A DNA stretch of 64,000 nucleotides, from NCBI GenBank assembly GCA_010909165.1, contig MU008201.1, positions 186,001 to 250,000 of the forward strand, read 5' to 3'. Numbering within the stretch: the stretch's first letter is position 1; each line of letters opens with the position of its first letter. The translations under genes were made by a program, and so were the position numbers. Positions 25,621 through 38,599 of this stretch are shown piece after piece. The notes under the pieces were generated by a model. The model saw nothing but the letters and a program-made list of their open reading frames with translations. It had not been told where the DNA came from and searched no databases. The stretch comes from Anthoceros angustus. Its lineage: Eukaryota; Plantae; Anthocerotophyta.

Positions 25621-28400
25621 CCACCGTCATTTCAGCAACCATGGTAGCGCTTGATGCGGCTGAAACAGAATGGTAGGTGGGTGTGGGTGGCAAAAAGGTA
25701 CGATGGTCTGTCCAGTTCTTGTCGGATCATATCCATAACCTTCCCTCGACATCGGGAAACGCCGACTCATCCTTTTTTCCTCTTGCGGTTTTCGCCCCAT
25801 GTGTCGACTCGAGTCCCACCGTCCGCCGTCTGCTTTTGCACTTCACCTCGAATCCAGCGGTCTCCGCTAAGGGAGTTACACTGTGATGCCATCCAAATCG
25901 CAACCCTCGCGTTAAGTGTGGCGTCGTGCCTTGCTCCCGTCCACCTGGATTCTCGCTTTCTTTTCCGACTCCCATACCGAGTCCCTCGTCGTTTTGTGGT
26001 TGGACTTCTTCCTTCCCTCCGATGAAGACGCCTCTTCCTCCTCACTTGCGGACGTTATGGAAGCTCCCCACTCTTCTTCTTCCTTTTTTCCCTCGCCCCC
26101 TTCTTAGGGTGTCCGCCTTCCTCTCGCGCTCCGTCCAAGCCCATCGCAGGAGTTCCGTAATACCCACTATCCACATCCCCAACCCTTCCAGGGCTCCTCG
26201 ATCGGCCTCGGAATCCTCCCATACTGACCATGAGCGCATCTTCGACTTGCATTGGCACGCTTGTGCGGGGTGGGTCGTGAACCGGAGGTTGAGCGATCCT
26301 CACTTTTTCTGTCCGGCAGAGACGGCCACGTGACTCGATTGCTTGCATCCACACACGCCCTTTCAAAATCACCATTCCTGGCGAGATGCGGAGGGGCATC
26401 CAGGCAAGATGCAACCCTCGCGTTAAGTGGCGTCGTGCCTTGCTCCCGTCCGCTGGATTCGCATGCCCTTTCTTTTTCCGACTTACCGAGTCCCTCGTCG
26501 TTTTGTGGTTGGACTCTTCCTTCCCGCTGATGAAGACGCCTCTTCCTCCTCACTTGCGTTATGGAAGCTCCCCACCGTTCTTCTTCCTTTTTTCCCCCCC
26601 TTCTTAGGGTGTCCGCCTTCCTCCTCGCTCCCGTCCGAACAGCCCATCGCAGGAGTTCCGTAATACCCACTATCCACATCCCCAACCCTTCCAGGGCTCC
26701 TCGATCGGCCTCGGAATCCTCCCATACTGACCATGAGCGCATCTTCGACTTGCATTGGCACGCTTGTGCGGGGTGGGTCGTGAACCGGAGGTTGAGCGAT
26801 CCTCACTTTTTCTGTCCGGCAGAGACGGCCACGTGACTCGATTGCTTGCATCCACACACGCCCTTTCAAAATCACCATTCCTGGCGAGATGCGGAGGGGC
26901 ATCCAGGCAAGATGCAACCCTCGCGTTAAGTGGCGTCGTGCCTTGCTCCCGTCCGCTGGATTCGCATGCCCTTTCTTTTTCCGACTTACCGAGTCCCTCG
27001 TCGTTTTGTGGTTGGACTCTTCCTTCCCGCTGATGAAGACGCCTCTTCCTCCTCACTTGCGTTATGGAAGCTCCCACCGTTCTTCTTCCTTTTTTCCCCC
27101 CCTTCTTAGGGTGTCCGCCTTCCTCCTCGCTCCCGTCCGAACAGCCCATCGCAGGAGTTCCGTAATACCCACTATCCACATCCCCAACCCTTCCGGGCTC
27201 CTCGACACCGGCCTCGGAATCCTCCCATACATGAGCGCATCTTCGACTTGCATTGGCAACGGGCTTTGGCATGGGGTGGGTCAGAACCGGAGGTTGAGCG
27301 ATCCTCACTGTTTTTTGTCTGGCAGGACGCCGCCACGTGACTGATTGCTTGCATCCACACGCCTTTCAAAATCACCATTCCTGGCGAGATGCGGAGGGGC
27401 ATCCAGCAAGATGCCCGAACCCTCGGCAATTGTAACACGATGGCACTCATTTGCCCGGGTTCCTTGCCATCCGATTGCGAATGCCCATGCCCGGGGGTTT
27501 CGCAAACTCGAGGTACAAAGTTTTGGTACCCGAGATCGGTGTTGCCTCTTGAATTTGGTATGTATCTTCCAAGCACATCTCCTCATCCTCTCCTCGTAGC
27601 CCGATGGTTGCACTTTTGTTTGTGGATTCGACCTCGAGTGCCCTGCTGTCCACAAGTTGAGCGAAGAGATTCGCCGCGCTCCGTAGCAACCCTTCTTCTA
27701 TCATGGTCCTTGATGGCATTAAGATGGAGTTTCTCGGTTTGACCATCATTTCCTCCATCTTGTTCCCTTGTTGCTCCACTTTTTGCTGCTTTCCACCTCT
27801 CTTCTCACCTCCGCGTCCTTTCGTGCATATAGCCTCCTTCCCTTTGCACGTCGTCTTGTTTCCCAGTCATTTTTTCCCTTCTTCCTTCTATCCCTTCGGT
27901 TGCGCTCACCTTCTGACGAATTCTCCTCCGAATCCTCGATGGTCTCCTCTTCCGTGGAGCTACCCGAGGAGTCAGTTGAAGAGCTATCCTCCTCCGCGGA
28001 ACTGTCATCGGAGGACGAATAGTACTTCTTCTTCTTTTGTATTTCTTTTTGTCCTTATGCGCCCTTGTTCGAGTTCTTCTTCTCTTCCGTTGGACTCCTC
28101 ATAGTTCGGCGGCTTTAATCGCCCGATCCAAATCTTTCTCACTGAGACGACGTGCCTTCCCATCTCCGCGCCTCCTCTTGCAAACCAACGAATGGCCATT
28201 AGCTCCGAGTGCGGACGGCCCGATCCGTAGGGTGGAACCTTTCCACATAAGCTGCAGTGTCTCCTTCTTCCTCTCGCAATCCCTCGAGTTTGGACAAGAC
28301 ATATCCTTCCACATCGACCCCTCAACCTTTCACAAAAGCTCTCAAGGCCCCAAAGTAGTGGGGTGTGGAAGCTATGTACTCCCGCTTGTACCACTTGGCC
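25620..28400 (-). pseudogene. Gypsy gag region, frameshifted
   Basis: Lies between PBS/leader and protease; charged low-complexity peptides and a knuckle-like VCETPGHGH near 27480-27510. Assigned by position only. Confidence 0.55.
25902..27418. repeat. ~3 x 503-bp tandem array in gag
   Basis: ORFs 26252/26755 are identical at offset 503; junctions at AACCCTCG (26413, 26916). Confidence 0.9.
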
Positions 28401-28918
28401 GCTCCGCGTAAGACTCCATAAACAGCATGCGCATCCTCCTTGCGTGGCCACCGCTCAAAACGCTCGACAAACTCGTCGGGATCCTCATGGCCCTTCTTTT
28501 CTCCATACGGTAAGATTGCTTAGTAACAAGCACGATCGCCATAACTACGGGTAGTACTTTCAACGATCGCGGTAGTTGACGCGCCACTACGCGGTGACCT
28601 CTACATTCACGGTTGAGACCGCGGTCTAGGCAATGGAGCGAGATCAAAAGACAAGGTGGATCGGTACTGGCCCCTTGTAGCTTGAGAGAATCAATCCGAT
28701 AAGATCCGATCCCAACTCCGAGTTGACTCCCTCCCTCGTCCAGTGTGATCTCCGCCTGTGCTCTCCTCGTAACTCTCGCAATCTTTCCGCTGCTGCCGCC
28801 TTGCGAAGCGTTTCCCACAGATCGAATCGCTTGTCTCCACCGAGGCATCCATCTATCAATCTAGTAATGCTAGACTCTACTTAAGCTAGGTTAGTTCTAC
28901 CTACGTCCTTGATGATTC

Positions 28919-28936
28919 ATTCCCGAACGGGCGCCA
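28919..28936 (-). other. Primer-binding site TGGCGCCCGTTCGGGAAT (closest to plant tRNA-Asp-type TGGCGCCGTTGCCGGG, with indels)
   Basis: 3 nt from the LTR end; TGGCGCC start. tRNA identity is inferred. Confidence 0.75.
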
Positions 28937-28939
28937 AAA

Positions 28940-31900
28940 TGTGGAGTGTGGATTCGTGTCCGGGGACACCGTGAGGTCCACATTCACCCTCAATGTCGTT
29001 GTAGGCTTAGGATTCGCTCCCAAGGGAATGGTTTGTGCGAGACGCTAACTTCTATCACTCGACCTTCACCTAAGTCAAGACTTACTTGCTATTACTCCTC
29101 TTACCTATCTACTCAACCACTACTACCTCCGACTTGTCTAGCTACCACACTCTTATTCCACCGCAATCTTATTCCACCGGTGGCTCTCACTAGTTGCTTC
29201 GACCACGAGAGGTGGGTCCCACACCAAACCCTAGCGACTTATTTCGCGGCGCCGCGGATCCGCCACGGCGTCCACTGCATCGGATCGGCTTTATTCTGCA
29301 CTCCACACTTCATGCACACACACACACGATTCCTAGGGACCTAAATTCCACAAATCACCGCTCCACACACACACAAGGGCGCCACACTCACAATTTTTAA
29401 GGAACGCTGTTCCCCTTGCTTCCACCAGAACCGGTTTGGTTTCTTTTGGATTCACACAATTCCACCGCTAGCCTCTCAATTAGTTCCTTCTCAACCCTCT
29501 CACACCTCGTGATCACGCATGTATTTAGTCACTCCTTCACCCAATCTTCTCCCTCTCTCTCTCTCTCACCCCAGCTTCCAACCATCCACTCAACACTTCT
29601 CTCAATTGAACACAACTAGGGACAAGTGTGAAGGAAAGAAGAACCCCGGCCACACAGGCGCACGAGCAAGCTCCAGACCCGCCCGCGCCAATCCCTTGGT
29701 TTCCTCCTCCTTTGTCGCAAGATTGCTTTATCACCTCCTCCCTCCCGGAGCAAGCTCTCGACCACCCCTAGGAGCGTCGCGCACACCGCCTCTTAATCGG
29801 ACGTCTCCAACCAGCCACAGTGGGGATCTCAACCAGAGTTATCTCGACGTGAGGGACCTAAGCCCCCTCTTATACATCGGGGCACCTGCCCGGATTTTAG
29901 GTCCTAAGATGGCTATCGCGAAGGGACGCCCACAATTCGGAGCGATCCTAGGTCGCAAGATCCTAACCAAATTATCTTTAGGTTGCTACCACCTCACCTC
30001 ACGCTATCTGCGCCCCTACCTCGACTTGGCGCCCGCCTCGCCCCTCCATTGCCGCCACGAGCTCCGCCACACCGGTGGACGTTCTCCCACACTACTTCCA
30101 CCTCACATCACTGGACGTCGAATTTGAGGTGTACCGCCTGGGCTTCGCATCTTCCGGCCGCCTATTGCCGAGGATTACTGCCTCGTCCACCCAAGCTGGA
30201 CCTCCTCCTCGCTCAACTCCTCCAAAGTCGCCTCCGCAGGGAGCCAACCCCACACCGCAGTGGTAGAAGTATGCACCGGGTCCTCACTTGCGAGGTAGGC
30301 CCCGATCCCTCCTATTTCCACACGCACATGGACGGTGAGGTTAAGCACGCGTTCTCCATTCACATATAGACCAGTACAGTTTCCTCATCCATGTGCCGTA
30401 ATATAATAGGACCCTGCACCGGTGAGGTGCTTACCCTCCTCCCGTAGGCTACACACGTTGCTGCCTATGTCCTCGCGAGGCGCCACGTCGCCCCGCCGCC
30501 CCGCCCCGCTCGGGTTGGTTGCGCCAATGTCGTAGCGGTTTCGACTACCGCGTAGTGGACTCCACGACCGTCGTCGCTCGAAACATGGTAGGTGAGGTTT
30601 CGGCTACCTCGTCGCTTCCTTCCGCTCGAGGCCTTCCGCTACTCGCCGTGGTCCTGCTACCCGCTTCCCCTTCCCTTTGTCTTTTCGGCCCGGCCACGTG
30701 CCTCATCCGCTCCGCTTATATCGCTCCGCTAGCTTATGGGCCTTTTCCACGAGGCCGCTTCGCCTCGGGCTCGCAACAACTCCCCTGCATCTCTGGTTCG
30801 TCTGTGGCATCCTTAATTTGAGCCATGAGTGCTTCCTGGCTCGTCATGGCTTGCAACTTCTCGGCCTGCACAAATCTTCTTGAATCTTGGCCCTTATTTC
30901 CTCTAGGTTCCGCTTGTCTTCCTCCGTTGCTTGCGCTTGGCCTCCTTCACAAACTGGCCTTCACCACTTCCTCCCGCCCCGCACATCGAGCGTGAGAGCT
31001 AAAGCCGCTTGATCCAACAACCGTCTTGGGATCATCGACGTGGTCACCGCAAGTCCACTTGTTGTGGCGGCCCCGCCGACGCCATCCCTCCGTCGAGAAC
31101 TTTCCTCCCAAGGTGCGCACCCTCACCAATTCGGTTGCATCCACCTGCTTGCTGGAGTCCCCTTGAAAATCTCTTCCCATGCCGAGGAGGGTCCGCCTCG
31201 AGGTCACCCTAAACCCTCCGGAGTTGATTCATCATCCGCATCCAGTCAAAAATTGTCCTCGGATCGCGCCTCTTCGCCACCTCCAACCGCCGCTTTGGCT
31301 TTCAGAAGCGCGCCTGCTGACCGGTGACGCGCATCCGCCTTCATTTTTCGATGCCCGCCTTTCACCCCGGTCTTCCTCCTTTTCTTTGGTGGAATTTCCT
31401 TCTCCTCTCGCCTGCCGCCACCGACTCCCAGCTATCCGATTTTTCCTCCTTGGGCTCCTCCGCCTTCCATTTCACCTCCCTAACCGGCTTCCACATGTGG
31501 AGGAGGCTACAATCTCCACCTCCGCGCGGGCTTAGCGTAAACATAAAGATGGACGAAATGGTGAGATTAGAGCGAGGGGCGAGGAAATCAAGTTCAACCT
31601 CTCTTCACACAACTTGTCAAGAGAATTCGCAATCGATCTTCGCCTTGACCACTTCATGAAGGAACGAAGAAGTGGTCGAATAATCCCGCTTCTTGCGCAG
31701 GAAACATAGGAGCCACCGGCGGACCCATCAAGCGCTGTTGCCAAATCCCTCGTCAACCCCTGGGTTCGCCACGCCCGCAACCGGGCGGCCGCCGGCTGTG
31801 CTTCTTTTCGGACGGCTCCATCACCAACCCGCCCGCCTCCTCCTTGCCCATACACCCTTCTAACCACCTGGTCCCAATCCTGCGGCCCCGCTCTAAATCC

Positions 31901-34085
31901 CCTTTGGTTGTCCTTCGTGTGACGCGCACACGCCATCCAGTTCATGTAATTCCACCGCTCTTCCATGAAACCCCTCCTTCACTCCTCAGCTCGAACTTTC
32001 CAATGATCCATGTTCGGCCATTGGGCAAGCACACGGTGGTGACCTTGGGCGCCATCCCTCTCACGCCTTCCGGTCTCACACAACCAACGCCACCTGCAAT
32101 TTCGGGGTCCTGTGGTTCCTACCTCCTCCAGCCTGCCGCCACCGACTCCCGCTATCCGATTTTTCCTCCTTGGGCTCCTCCGCCCATTTCACCTCCCTAA
32201 CCGGCTTCCACATGTGGAGGAGGCTACCACCTCCGCAGTTAGCGTAAACATAAAGATGGACGAAATGGTGAGATTAGAGAGGCCGAGGCGAGGAAATCAA
32301 GTTCAACCTCTCTTCACACAACTTGTCAAGAGAATTCGCCTCAATCGATCTTCGCCTTGACCACTTCATGAAGGAACGCAGAAGTGGTATAATCCGCTTC
32401 TTGTGCGAAACATAGGAGCCACTGGCGGACCCATCAAGCCGTTGCCAAATCCCTCGTCAACCAGCCGTTGGGTTCAATTCGCCCGCTTTAACGGGCGGCT
32501 GCTGCCGCCGTGCTTCTTTTCTGGACGGCTCCATCACCAACCCGCCCGCCTCCTCCTTGCCCATACACCCTTCTAACCACCTGGTCCCAATCCTGCGGCC
32601 CGCTCTAAATCCCCTTTGGTTGTCCTTCGTGTGACGCGCACACGCCCATCCAGTTCATGTAATTCCACCGCTCTTCCATGAAACCCGCAGCTCCTTCACT
32701 CCTCAGCTCGAACTTTCCAATGATCCATGTTCGGCCATTGGGCAAGCACACGGTGGTGACCTTGGGCGCCATCCCTCTCACGCCTTCCGGTCTCACACAA
32801 CCAACGCCACCTGCAATTTCGGGGTCCTGTGGTTCCTACCTCCTCCAGCCTGCCGCCACCGACTCCCGCTATCCGATTTTTCCTCCTTGGGCTCCTCCGC
32901 CCATTTCACCTCCCTAACCGGCTTCCACATGTGGAGGAGGCTACCACCTCCGCAGTTAGCGTAAACATAAAGATGGACGAAATGGTGAGATTAGAGAGGC
33001 CGAGGCGAGGAAATCAAGTTCAACCTCTCTTCACACAACTTGTCAAGAGAATTCGCCTCAATCGATCTTCGCCTTGACCACTTCATGAAGGAACGCAGAA
33101 GTGGTATAATCCGCTTCTTGTGCGAAACATAGGAGCCACTGGCGGACCCATCAAGCCGTTGCCAAATCCCTCGTCAACCAGCCGTTGGGTTCAATTCGCC
33201 CGCTTTAACGGGCGGCTGCTGCCGCCGTGCTTCTTTTCTGGACGGCTCCATCACCAACCCGCCCGCCTCCTCCTTGCCCATACACCCTTCTAACCACCGG
33301 TCCCAATCCGCTCTAAATCCCCGTTTGTCCTTGTGTGGCGCGCACTCTCGTTCATGTAATTCCACCGCTCTTCCATGAAACCCGCAGCTCCTTCACCGCC
33401 TCCTCGAACTTTCCAATGATCCATGTTCGGCCATTGGGCAACACTTTCGGTGGTGACCTTGGCGCCATCCTCTCATCTTCCGGTCTCGCGCCACAAACCA
33501 ACGCCACCAATTTCTGGGGTCGGGCCTGTGGTTCCTACCTCCTCGCAAGGAGCGCCATGGTCGCGCCTTCCTCCTCGGCGCGCCGCGACTGAGCTCTTCC
33601 TTCGCTGCTGCGCCTCGCGCCTCCCGCTGATCACGGTGCCCTGCAACTCGACTCGCTCGCTGGCCGTCGCCCGCCGCCGCCCCGGCCCACCCGCGGCTTG
33701 TTTGAACGGGATCATTTCCTAGGGTTAAGTTTCCTGGTTCCCCTACTCTGCTCGACCTCTACGACCGCTTCCACATCCCAATCCACAACCCCACACTCAT
33801 TCACCAGGCCCGACCCCAACTTATAGACTATCACACTCTAATTATTCCAAACCCCCTATCTCACATATATAGACTTTTTAGGGAACATTCCGAGTCCATG
33901 GGCCAAGGAACACCAATTCGGACCATTTATTTTCTAACTTAAAAATCAAAACAAGAAAAGAATCCATAGGCCAAGGACATTTCTTCTATAAATACCTCCC
34001 TACTACCAACCCGACTTATTTTCACACCACGATCCCAAAAACAAAAACACTTGAGCAAAGGGGTTTCCAAGTCCTAGATCGTACA
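28940..34085 (-). repeat. Shared middle LTR (5' LTR of unit A, 3' LTR of unit B), expanded by 717-bp repeats
   Basis: Collinear with 11954-15909; PBS on one side, PPT and integrase on the other. Confidence 0.7.
31410..33545. repeat. ~3 x 717-bp tandem array
   Basis: ORFs 32112-32360 and 32829-33077 are identical (offset 717); junctions at CCTCCTC (32122, 32839). Confidence 0.9.
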
Positions 34086-34101
34086 TACTCCCTTCTCATT
34101 T

Positions 34102-37100
34102 GTTGGCGTCCTCGCCAACTTAGGTATAATACTTCTTGACCCTCCACCCATTGACTCGGGTTGGTAGTGGAGGCCACCTTCTTGCGTTGTCTTGATCCAT
34201 TCTTGAAGACTTGAGAACCCTATATGGCCCCATCCATCGAAGGTGGAGCTTGCCGGGAAAGTGCATGTACCTATTGTCGTACAGCAGGGCCAAGTCACCG
34301 GCAATCACCCACTCTTGCTTCCGCAACCGACTGTCATGCCATATTTTCCGTTTCGCCTGAATATCCTGCATGACGCTCAACGCCTGTTCCCTATCCTCTG
34401 TATGTTTAGCGAAGCTGACCAGGCGTTCCAGCTGACTTTCCTCTCGCCATGCGGTTAGTTTCACACGCGAGGGTGGAATTTCAAACTCAATAGGCATTCT
34501 GGGAGAATGGCCGTAGGTGAGGTAGTACGGTGTTTGTTGCGTTGTTATTTTCTCTGCGATCCTGTATGCCCAGCGGAGTGAAGCTTAAGATCCCATGCGC
34601 GTATTCCACCGTTAGCTTGTTGAGGATCCCGCACAAGAGCCCATTCGCCTTTAGTTAAGCCATTTGCCTTGGGATTATAAGGAGTCGTTTTCGTGGCGAC
34701 GTTGAAGTAGATCGTCATATGAGATATAACCGTTGACGAAATGTGACCCTCCGTCACGACAAGCTCCAAGGGACACCATATCGAGTGATAATGTTCATAG
34801 AGGAACACAGCCACTACATGGTGTGTCTACAGTGCTTGGGCTTCCACCATACGTGCAATAGTCGTAGCACGAGGATGTATTGGTTTTGTCGCGTCCTCGT
34901 TTTGGTGTATGGGACCAACAAAGTCTATTCCCCATTTCTCGAATGGCGCGGGCCAATATCGGAACCATTGGCCATTGAGTGGTTGCGACGGTTTCCCAAC
35001 CCTCGGCGGCATCGCAGCGTTTAACAAACTCCTAGCATCACGATGCATGGTTTGCCACCATGTTTCAAGCACCTTCTTGCACGTGATATGTGCAAAAAAT
35101 GTCCTCCGCTTCCCCTCGTGCATCTCCGTCGACGGATAACTGCTCCTTGTTACCCATAACTGTCCCGCCCATCCGGTCCCGATTTGTGATTGTCTTTGCG
35201 TCGTACAAGCGGACGAATAGTGCACAAACGCTACCGGGGTTTCAAAGATCCGATGGTATTTTCCCGTTTGAATTCCATCATCTCCTCGTGAGTGGGCCTT
35301 GTGTATCCGTTCTCCCTTCTCATTTCTGCCGAGCCACCATTTACCTCGCCTTATGGTCGGCCGTGCTCTAACTCGTCGCGAAGCTTCATCGGAAAATCGT
35401 CGTTTTGGTCTGTGTAACCTCCTCTGTTTCGACCTCGAAATGTAATGCATTCACATGTTTACTCCTCCTCCTGGTCTCCACCGTGAGCGTGAATTCTTGC
35501 AGTAGGATCCATCTTGCTACAAGCCGTCGTTTGTTTACCGGTGTTTGAGGCGAAGTGGTCCACATGGAAGACGAACTCGTAGGGATAGCAAATAGTGGCG
35601 AAACTTGCGAACCGAGTACACCATCCCGCGCCTCCCTCTCGGTGGTGGTATACTTCTTCTGCGTTGAGCTCCACTGCATAATAGATTGGATAATCGTGCT
35701 TCTTGTCATCCCTTTGGCTTAGAATGGTACCGATTGCATAGGAAAGCGTCTACAAACACGTGGAACTTCTTGCTTCGTCCGGTCAGTGGTCTTGTGATCG
35801 GTGGTCGAAGATCATTGAAGGCCTCCTCTCGTTTTGCGTCCATTCCCACTCTGGTCCTTGACTGTACGTGAGCTTATACGGAGAAATTCTTCACAAACCT
35901 TCGATAATAGCCTACCATTCCGAGGAATCCCTAAGCTCCTTGTGGTAGGTGGCTTGAGGCGGTAATGATTTTGACCTTATCCGGTCGACCTCTATCCCAG
36001 CAATCGGTGCCCCAACAAAATACCCTACGGCGAAATAACATTTCTCGGGATGTAGACACAATTGGTCCTGACACCGCTCCAGACATTTGCGAAGGTGGTT
36101 GAGGTGATCTTCGCTCCAAACACGCGAAGTCATCCAGGAAGACCTCCATGAAGTCCCTAGGTATTCCTTGAAAATCTTGACAACTGTCGCATGAAGGATC
36201 TGGTGCCCTGTTAATCGAGCAGCTCCGTTTAGGCATAGGTTCCCGATTGTAGTGAAGTAGGGGCCAATCACTCTCCACGAGATGATTATACCGAATACCC
36301 ATCCGAAGCAGGTAGACCATTCTCCGCAACTAAGTCCGGTATGTTGTCTATGAATGGAAGCGGGTAATGGTCTTTTTGGTCACCTTGTTTAACTTCCTCC
36401 AATCGACCCGTATCTTCTCCCTTACGCTTTTGGGACCACCACAATTGGGGCTACCCACTCGATGTCACAATAGGATATATTACGTCTGCGCAGTAAAGCT
36501 CAATTGTTCCTTTACCTTTGAATACTTTGGATTTAGCTTGTATTGCGATCCGGATCGGCACGACGCTCGAGATCAATCTTGTGCTCCCCACTCCCTCGGT
36601 ATACCCTTCATGTAGAACGTCAAAAGCAAAACGTGGATAAATTCCGCCAACATGTTTCATCCCTTTCCAAGTCGCATTCATGCTCGAAAACTTAAGGACC
36701 TTCGGGCAACACTTCCACATCCTTGACCTCATCCTCATGCCCCACTCTCTCTCCACAGCGGATGTGATCAACCCTTCCTCCATGTCTTGGTTCCTCTTCG
36801 CATTCCCCATTCCCTAATAGGTCGGAGGTAAAGCGTGAGACACCCTCCTCGCACCCTCAAGTTTGTCGTCGTCGCTCCCCGGCTCGACCACTCTACTTGT
36901 TCCTCGACCTCCGTCCCCGGTCTTCTCGGTCCACCACCGGGTTGTCAATTGTGACTCCATAGCACCCTAATAGGTTGATGGAATGGGAATATCTCTCGTA
37001 ATCGTCCTCTTCATCGACCACGAAATATGTGCGAATGGGAATTTCTCCTTCTCATCCTCTCCCAGAGGTATCTTGCAGAGGTGTATCCCTCCGTTTCGGT

Positions 37101-37700
37101 GTCTCCCTCGTATCTCGCTCCAAGTCAAACATATCCTTCCCTCCTTAATTTTGGGGTCCCGACCCGAGGTTTGAACCCACTTCCTTTCTCGCCCATTTGA
37201 AGGTGCAACGTGCCCCATACATCCATGTTCGTCCAATGAGAACCTCATACCCGGCGCTTTTTGTTTAATGACCACGTAGTCCATGAGGTGGAATGGTACC
37301 AATATGGGTTAGGACTCCGTCCTCCTCTACCTACGCGCCATTTTGGACATGTCCGGCCATAACACCTTTGATGTATGTTCTATCTCGCAACCCAAGCTTA
37401 AAGCTCCTCTCATGATGTTGACTCGACCCGAATCTAGCGGCACCTTCTTGATTACACATCCGCAATTTCTATCTCAGAGCTCCAGCGGGTCCATCATGGC
37501 CACCATATTACAAGAAGTGATTTTGCCTTGGGGTGGAAAGGTCTCTCTTCTGCCGCCTTCAATGCCCCACTGACGGTTCTTTGGCTGCATGCTGGATTGT
37601 CCCCTGAAAGTATTCAAGGCGTTATCATGAACTTTTGGTCCATGGGCCCCGTAAATTGAAAGGAACACTGACCAGCTGCTTCTCCTTGCCAACCCCATCT
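34102..37700 (-). pseudogene. Gypsy unit B pol (INT-RH-RT-PR), 5'-truncated
   Basis: ORF 34120-34497 is an intact INT C-terminus (MPIEFEIP..GKLHLRWMGPYRV..RVNGWRVKKYYT). Similarity to unit A ends at TCTCCTTGCCAACCCCA (~37680-37697, equivalent to ~25620). Confidence 0.9.
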
Positions 37701-37799
37701 ATTCAAAGAAACTGCCTGTATAAGCCAAGTGGCCGTAAACAAAGATAGGTGGGGTGGCAATAGGCGAGGAGAGTTTACTGGATGACATTTCCTCCACCT

Positions 37800-38420
37800 G
37801 CTATTATGCTCACGGGAGAAGCATGGACCCAGAGCGGATGGATAGGGAGAAGGTGCTGGGTGCCGGCGTACATTATGGATGCTGTGGAGGCGCGACAAAG
37901 ATACATATGTGCTATATCACACGGAGGTGATGAGCCGTTCTTGACATGTACGAGGAAGAAGTGAGGACATACGGTGCAAGGGAAGGTCGGCGGACTTTGA
38001 CGGATCCACGGAAGAAGGGCTATGACGCATGGATGGGCATCCGTGCATGACCCATGAAGTGACCGCAATCATGGATGGCCTGCGTTGCAAGTGGGCACAT
38101 AGTCACATGTGGAACAAGCGCCACCGTACAGTGGAGGCGGACAAACGCCGCGGAGTACAAAGGATAGTGCGTCCGCATAGTTTATCATGATCGACAGGGC
38201 CACGATGAAGAGGAGCGCCTCTACGGCACAGAGCAATACTCCGCGGTTCTCGGAGTATCAACCAATGTTGAAGGTTCGATGGTACGAGTGTCACCAGAGG
38301 ACAAGGCCATCCCTCGAAAGTCGTACACGGATTTGATATTGTAAACACGGAGAAAGTTTGCGCCTCTGAGGCGCTCAATCGATGGTCCGTTTGTGGCCGT
38401 AGTGAATCGCATCTTTGCAT
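37800..38420 (+). pseudogene. CACTA transposase C-terminal part (DUF4218-linker/DUF4216-like)
   Basis: A.RYIC..EV.PFLDMYEEEV, EERLYG.., MLKVRWYEC..GFDIVNT..DGPFVA across frameshifts; same strand as 10040-11953. Confidence 0.65.
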
Positions 38421-38599
38421 CCGGAGACGGCGGATGGTAACATAGGCCGGGCCATCGCTGCCCACACCGCCGGGGATGGAGGGATGAGGAGCGGGGAGGG
38501 AGGCATGGCGCGTGGCGGGTGGCCTAGGAACGCTGGAGGGGCACACCTTTCCGGAGAAGTGAGCAAAGTAACCAACGCCACACGCAAAACAACGTTGTC

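Larger units (their letters stand above)
11954..37700 (-). mobile_element. Tandem non-chromoviral (Athila/OTA-like) Ty3/Gypsy array: LTR-internal-LTR-internal (second unit truncated near the gag/protease boundary)
   Basis: Direct repeats start TGTGGAG at 11954 and 28940; PBS at 28919-28936; domain order gag-PR-RT-RH-INT on the minus strand; pol repeated at 34086-37700; INT ends RVNGWRVKKYYT* with no chromodomain. Confidence 0.9.
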
